Origin: an uncultured Thermoleophilaceae bacterium
GTDB lineage: Bacteria > Actinomycetota > Thermoleophilia > Solirubrobacterales > Thermoleophilaceae
Assembly (NCBI GenBank): GCA_963844805.1
Contig: CAWJPU010000013.1
Coordinates: forward strand, 48,788-112,787
Length of the DNA: 64,000 bases
Direction of reading: 5' to 3'
Shown piece after piece: positions 59,532-64,000 of the stretch (its first letter is position 1; the number at the start of each line of letters is the position of its first letter). A program made the position numbers and the translations under genes. The notes under the pieces are model-generated. The model was not told the DNA's origin, did no database searches, and was given only the letters and a program-made list of their open reading frames with translations.

Positions 59532-61050
59532 TCAGCCCGCGGCGCGGCGGGCGGCGTCCAGCTCCTTCTGCACGGTCCCCTTCTGGTTGGGGATCCGCAG
59601 CCTGCGCTCGAGCACCGCGACGGCGCCGTCGGCGTCGCCGCTGAGGCGCATGGCGCGGCCGAGGTTGTAGAGCGCGTACGCGTACTGCACGTCGCTCGTG
59701 CCGGGCGGGAAGGCCTCAACCGAGCGTCGCAGCACCGGCACCGCCCCCGCGGTGTCGCCGCGCTGCATCAGCCCGAAGCCCTCCCGGTTCAGGCGGGCGC
59801 CGGTGGCGGCGCCTCCCTTGCCGGCCGGCTGCGGGACGCTGGGTTGCGCCGGCTGCCCGGTGGGCGTCGATTCGGGCTGCTGGGAGGACCCCTGCTGTTG
59901 ATCCTGCTGCTCTCTTGCTGCGGCTCCTGGGTCGCGCTCGAGGAGCCCGAGGGCTCGTCGCCACCGCCGGCCAGCGCGACGGCGATTGCGACCACCGCGA
60001 GCACGGCGACTGCGCCCGCCAGCAGGCCGACGGCAATACCGCGCCTACGTGGGGGTGCCTGGTAGCGACCGCGTCGCGCGGGCCGCGCCGGCGCCGGGCC
60101 GGTGTCGGCTCAGGTGTGGGGGTAGGCGTTGGCTCCGGCTCCGGCTCCGTCTCGGGCTCACTCACCGGCGCCGCGACGGCCCCGCCGGTCGCGGCGCGGG
60201 CGGCCTCAAGCTGCATGCGGGCGGTGGTCTCCTCGCCGAGCGCCCGCGCGAGGTCGGACACGAAGTCGCACACGGACGCCGGGCGGTCCGCGGGGTCCCG
60301 CGCCATCGCCGAGGTCAGCACGGCGGCGGCCTGGGGCGGGGCGGCGGGCCAGGCCTCGCGCAGATCGGGCGGGGCCTCGGTGGAGATCGCGTGGGCCACC
60401 TCCATGGGCGTGCGCCCGCTGCGGGCCTTCGCTCCGCTGAGCATCTCGAAGGCGACGGTGGCCAATGCGTAGAGGTCGGTGGCCGAGCTCACCCGCCCGC
60501 CCTCCAGCTGCTCCGGCGCCATGTAGGAGGCCGTGCCGAGCGCGACGTCGCTGCGGGTGATCCGAGTGATGTCGGCGGCGGTGGCGATGCCGAGGTCCGC
60601 GAGCTTGATCGTGCCGTCGCGGCCGAGCAGGACGTTGGCCGGCTTGACGTCGCGGTGGACCACACCGTGCTCGTGCGCGTGCTCCAGCGCGGACGCGGTG
60701 GCGGCGAGCACCTCCACCGCCCGGCGCGGCTGCATGCGGTCGCTCGAGAGCTCGCGGCCCAGGTGAGGGCCGTCCACGTACTCCATGACGATGACGAGCC
60801 CCTCCTCGTCGGTCAGGATGTCGAAGACCCAGACGAGGTTCGGGTGGTTCAGCGACGCGCCGAGCTTCGCCTCCCGGACGAAGCGGATCTCGACGTCCTC
60901 GGCCGAATCGGCGTGCAGGCGCTTGACCGCCACCTCGCGGTCGAGGCGCTCGTCCTCGGCCAGATAGACGACCGCCATCCCGCCCCGTCCGAGGGCCCTC
61001 TTGACCCGATACCGCTCAGCAATGAGCGAGCCTGTCGTCCTGACGGCCAC
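59532..61050 (-). pseudogene. Ser/Thr protein kinase with TM helix and small TPR-like extracytoplasmic domain, frame-broken
   Basis: Kinase GRGGMAVVYLAED, HRDVKPAN, DLG, APE (59716..61050). TM LAVVAIAVALAGGG (59789..60004). C-terminal TPR-like 78 aa (59532..59768). Breaks near 60085, 59900 and 59790. Confidence 0.8.
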
Positions 61051-61088
61051 CGAAAGGGTCTACCCACCCCCAGACGGGGGCTAACCCG

Positions 61089-62288
61089 TTATACGCGCTG
61101 GATCAGCGTGCCGGTACCCAGGCCGCCGCCGCAGCACATCGTCACGAGGCCGGTCTCCTTGTCGGAGCGCTCGAGCTCGTGCAGCAGCGTGGTCATCAGG
61201 CGGGCGCCGGTGGAGCCCAGCGGATGCCCGAGGGCGATCGCGCCGCCGTTGACGTTCACGCGGTCCATGTCCGGATCGAGCTCGCGGCGCCAGGCGGCGA
61301 CCACGGAGGCGAAGGCCTCGTTGATCTCGACCAGGTCGATGTCATCCATCTTCATCCCGTTGCGGTCCAGCAGCTTCTTGGTCGCGGGGATGGGGCCGGT
61401 GAGCATGATCACGGGGTCGACGCCGACCGTGGTCAGGTCGACGATCTTGGCCCGCGGCTGGAGGCCGAGCTCGTCGGCCTTCTCGCGCGTCATGAGCAGG
61501 ACGGCAGCGGCGCCGTCGGAGATCTGCGAGGAGTTGCCCGCCGTGACCTTGCCGTCCTCCTTGAAGGCCGGCTTGAGCTCGGAGAGCTTCTCCAGCGAGG
61601 TGTCCGGGCGGGGGCCCTGGTCGGTGGCGTAGGTGCTGCCGTTGACCTGGAAGGGGACGATCTCGCGCTCGAAGCGGCCCTCCTCGGTGGCCTGGGCGGC
61701 CAGCTGGTGGGAGCGCAGGCCGATCTCGTCGAGCTCGGAGCGGGGGATCTCCCACTGGTCGGCGATCATCTCGGCCGAGAGGCCCTGCGGGATCAGGTCG
61801 TACTTCTCCAGCAGCTCGGGGGAGAAGGCGGCGCCGTACTTGCCCTGGGTCTCGAAGCCGACCGCGAACGAGACGTGGCCCATGTGCTCGACGCCCGAGC
61901 CGATGACTGCGTCGTGCACGCCGGAGGCCACGAGGGCGGCGCCGAAGTTGATGGCTTGCTGGGCCGAGCCGCACTGGCGGTCGACGGTCGTGGCAGGCGT
62001 CTCGACGGGGAGGCCGGCCTCGAGCCATGCGTTGCGGCCGACGTTGAAGGCCTGCTCGCCGATCTGCTGGACGCAGCCGGTGATGACGTCCTCGACCTGC
62101 TCGGGCTCGATCCCGGCGCGCTCGATGACCTCGGTGTAGCTCTTGGCCAGCAGCGCGTTGGGATGGGTGTCCTTGTAGTAGCCCTTCTCCGGATGGCCGC
62201 GTCCGATAGGCGTCCTGACCGCCTCGACGATGACCACCTCACGACCGTTTCCGTTCTGCACCCGAGCCTCCGAAAGTCGCTTGTACAA
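61089..62288 (-). CDS. acetyl-CoA C-acyltransferase (thiolase)
   Basis: Intact 399-aa ORF. VDRQCGSAQQAI active-site Cys region, NVNGGAIALGHPLGSTG, CCGGGLG. An alternative GTG start near 62261 is possible. Confidence 0.9.
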   Translation of the reverse strand: MYKRLSEARVQNGNGREVVIVEAVRTPIGRGHPEKGYYKDTHPNALLAKSYTEVIERAGIEPEQVEDVITGCVQQIGEQAFNVGRNAWLEAGLPVETPATTVDRQCGSAQQAINFGAALVASGVHDAVIGSGVEHMGHVSFAVGFETQGKYGAAFSPELLEKYDLIPQGLSAEMIADQWEIPRSELDEIGLRSHQLAAQATEEGRFEREIVPFQVNGSTYATDQGPRPDTSLEKLSELKPAFKEDGKVTAGNSSQISDGAAAVLLMTREKADELGLQPRAKIVDLTTVGVDPVIMLTGPIPATKKLLDRNGMKMDDIDLVEINEAFASVVAAWRRELDPDMDRVNVNGGAIALGHPLGSTGARLMTTLLHELERSDKETGLVTMCCGGGLGTGTLIQRV

Positions 62289-62301
62289 GCTAGGTTACTC
62301 G

Positions 62302-62319
62302 ATTGACTGATGAGTCAAC
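62302..62319. promoter_or_regulatory. palindromic operator candidate ATTGACTG-AT-GAGTCAAC
   Basis: TTGACT-N4-AGTCAA core identical to the site at 30391..30408. Lies in the divergent thiolase / hydroxyacyl-CoA dehydrogenase region and overlaps the annotated ATG at 62310. Confidence 0.45.
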
Positions 62320-63077
62320 CAACGCCATCGGAGCCCCTCGGGATCGTCGGGAGCGGGGCCATCGCGTGCGGGCTGGCGCGGGTCGCGGGGACGGCGACGC
62401 TATGGGCCCGCAGCGAAGACTCGGCGGAGCGTGTGCGGGCCAAGCTGCCCGACGAGATCCGGGTTACGACCGAGCTCGATGACCTCGCCGGGTGCGGCAT
62501 CGTGGTCGAGACGGTGGCCGAGGAGCACGGGGTCAAGCAGCCACTGCTGTTCGACGTCAACGGCCTGTTGGGGCCCGACGCCCTGCTGGCCACGAGCACG
62601 TCCTCGCTCGACGTCCAGGCGCTGGCCGACGCCAGCGGGCGCCCCGACCGCTTTGCCGCCTTCCACGTCTTCAACCCGGTTCAGAGGATGGAGCTGATCG
62701 AGCTGGCCTTCCCCGACCAAGCGCTGCCCGGCACCCGCCGGCGCATGCACGCGCTGTGCGAGTCGATCGGCAAGACGGCGGTGGAGGTCCCCTGCGTGCC
62801 GGGTTTCGTGGTCAATCGCCTGCTGTTTCCGTACCTCTTCTCGGCGGTCGAGCTGATGGAGGCCCAAGGCCTGGAGCCCAAGGCGGTGGACACCTGCATG
62901 CACCTGGGAGCCCACCACCCGATCGGGCCGCTCGGCCTGCTGGACCTGGTGGGGCTCGACATCTCCGTCGCGATCGCCGACGCGATCGGCATCGACGTCC
63001 CCGCGCGCGTGCGCGAAATGGTGTCCGAGGGCAAGCTGGGCCGAAAGACCGGGGCAGGCTTCTACTCGTACGGCTGA
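62310..63077 (+). CDS. 3-hydroxyacyl-CoA (3-hydroxybutyryl-CoA) dehydrogenase
   Basis: Intact 255-aa ORF. Rossmann GIVGSGAIACG, conserved FHVFNPV, GFVVNRLL, HPIGPL. Confidence 0.88.
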   Translation: MSQPTPSEPLGIVGSGAIACGLARVAGTATLWARSEDSAERVRAKLPDEIRVTTELDDLAGCGIVVETVAEEHGVKQPLLFDVNGLLGPDALLATSTSSLDVQALADASGRPDRFAAFHVFNPVQRMELIELAFPDQALPGTRRRMHALCESIGKTAVEVPCVPGFVVNRLLFPYLFSAVELMEAQGLEPKAVDTCMHLGAHHPIGPLGLLDLVGLDISVAIADAIGIDVPARVREMVSEGKLGRKTGAGFYSYG

Positions 63078-63307
63078 AGCCGCAGGCCCGCGGCCATGTC
63101 CCACACGACATCGGCCTCGCCTATGCCCTGGGCGCAGGCCAGCTCGGACACCGTCTCCCAGGGCAGCGTCGCCTCGGGCAGGTCGTCCCAGCGAGCGAAG
63201 TCCACGTTCTCCAGAGCCGCCTGCAGGCTGCCCCCGAGCTTCGGCTGGTCCCTCAACAGCGCTCGGAGTGCGTTTCGCTGTGAGTCAGTGAGCCGTACGG
63301 ACCACAT
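63062..63307 (-). CDS. hypothetical small protein (81 aa)
   Basis: Intact ORF with somewhat lower GC than its surroundings. No recognisable motif. Convergently overlaps the end of the preceding gene. Confidence 0.35.
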   Translation of the reverse strand: MWSVRLTDSQRNALRALLRDQPKLGGSLQAALENVDFARWDDLPEATLPWETVSELACAQGIGEADVVWDMAAGLRLQPYE

Positions 63308-63349
63308 GTCTTGCCCGTCGAAGCTATGCCGCTCCCCGGACGGAAGCCG

Positions 63350-64000
63350 CTACGCGCCCTCGGTGGCCTCGCGCACCTCGAGCTCTGCCTCGTCCGCCTG
63401 CTCGGACGGCTCGGGGCGCTGGTGGTGGTCGCGGATGCGCACCGCCTCGATGCGGTTCTCGCGCACCGACTCGACGCGCAGCGAATAGCCGTTCGCGCGC
63501 ACCATGTCGCCGCGCTTGGGCAGCCGGCCCAGCTCGGCGAACACGAACCCGCCCACCGAGTTGAACGCGTCGGAGCCGGCGGGCATGTTCAGCCCGTAGT
63601 CGGCCAGGTCGGTGATCGGCACGTGGCCGCGCACCCACCAGTCGCCGTTGGAGAGGCGGCGCACGCCGGCGACGGCGGGGTCGGTCTCGTCGGCGATCTC
63701 TCCCACGACCTCCTCGACGATGTCCTCGACGGTCACGATGCCTGCCGTGCGGCCGTACTCGTCGACCACCACGGCGAGCGACATGCGCTCGCGCTGGAGC
63801 TCGCGCAGGAGGTCGTCGAGCGGCTTGGTCTCCGGGACGATGTGGGCGTCCTTGACGCTCGGCTCGATCGAGGCGTCGGCGCCCTCGACCATCATCCGCC
63901 GCGCGAGCGAGTTCGCGTGCACGATGCCGCGGATCCGATCCTCGTTCCCGCCCTCGGTGACCACCAGGCGGGTGTGTCCGGAGTCGACGCAGCGGCGCAG
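63350..64000 (-). CDS. hemolysin-family / CorC-type protein (CBS pair plus CorC_HlyC domain), 5' end outside the window
   Basis: ORF 63350..63964 and the open frame to the window edge. CBS region ...LDDLLRELQRERMSLAVVVDEYGRTAGIVTVEDIVEEVVGEI and C-terminal transporter-associated domain. Confidence 0.8.
   Translation of the reverse strand: MRRCVDSGHTRLVVTEGGNEDRIRGIVHANSLARRMMVEGADASIEPSVKDAHIVPETKPLDDLLRELQRERMSLAVVVDEYGRTAGIVTVEDIVEEVVGEIADETDPAVAGVRRLSNGDWWVRGHVPITDLADYGLNMPAGSDAFNSVGGFVFAELGRLPKRGDMVRANGYSLRVESVRENRIEAVRIRDHHQRPEPSEQADEAELEVREATEGA

Noticed and set aside
5531-61050. Programmed ribosomal frameshifting, or recoding, as the explanation for the frame breaks.
   Set aside because: There are far too many sites, in unrelated housekeeping genes, with no common slippery heptamer or downstream structure. 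The resolvable cases are single-base changes in short G/C runs.
61051-61088. CCCCC-agac-GGGGG hairpin after the thiolase gene as a terminator.
   Set aside because: It has only a 5-bp stem and no T tract. This is too weak to report as a feature.

Overview
Very GC-rich chromosomal segment (about 70 % by eye, not computed). Protein signatures look actinobacterial, possibly Thermoleophilia / Conexibacter-Solirubrobacter-like, but that is only a guess. Content is mostly housekeeping and energy metabolism. In order: alkB-rubredoxin-TetR alkane hydroxylase module; two tandem paralogous membrane proteins with poly(Gly-Asp) tails; gltB-gltD glutamate synthase; orphan ParA-like ATPase and an amidase; lysA-hom-thrC-thrB-Nudix operon; two low-complexity membrane proteins; an ABC-3 type metal importer behind an AT-rich palindrome; lgt and an M23 peptidase; a Psp envelope-stress neighbourhood (htpX, PspAB-like, PspAA-like, pspA); ctaG; several acyl-CoA dehydrogenases, a thiolase and a 3-hydroxyacyl-CoA dehydrogenase; a Fur-family (Nur-like) regulator with a NicO-type nickel transporter. 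This sits next to a complete group 1h (high-affinity, actinobacterial type) [NiFe]-hydrogenase locus with hyp genes and four operon-embedded ORFs of unknown role. Also present: two Ser/Thr kinases with extracytoplasmic sensor domains, an FHA-LuxR regulator, and several secreted repeat proteins. I saw no rRNA, tRNA, CRISPR array, transposase or integrase. Major caveat: about half of the recognisable genes are interrupted by apparent 1-nt frame breaks (roughly 50-60 by hand count), clustered in blocks. These genes are listed as pseudogenes as given, but the breaks may be assembly or consensus errors. Many long ORFs in the six-frame track are antisense or off-frame artefacts of the high GC content. 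Hand-derived coordinates (starts, hairpins, break sites) may be off by 1-2 nt.
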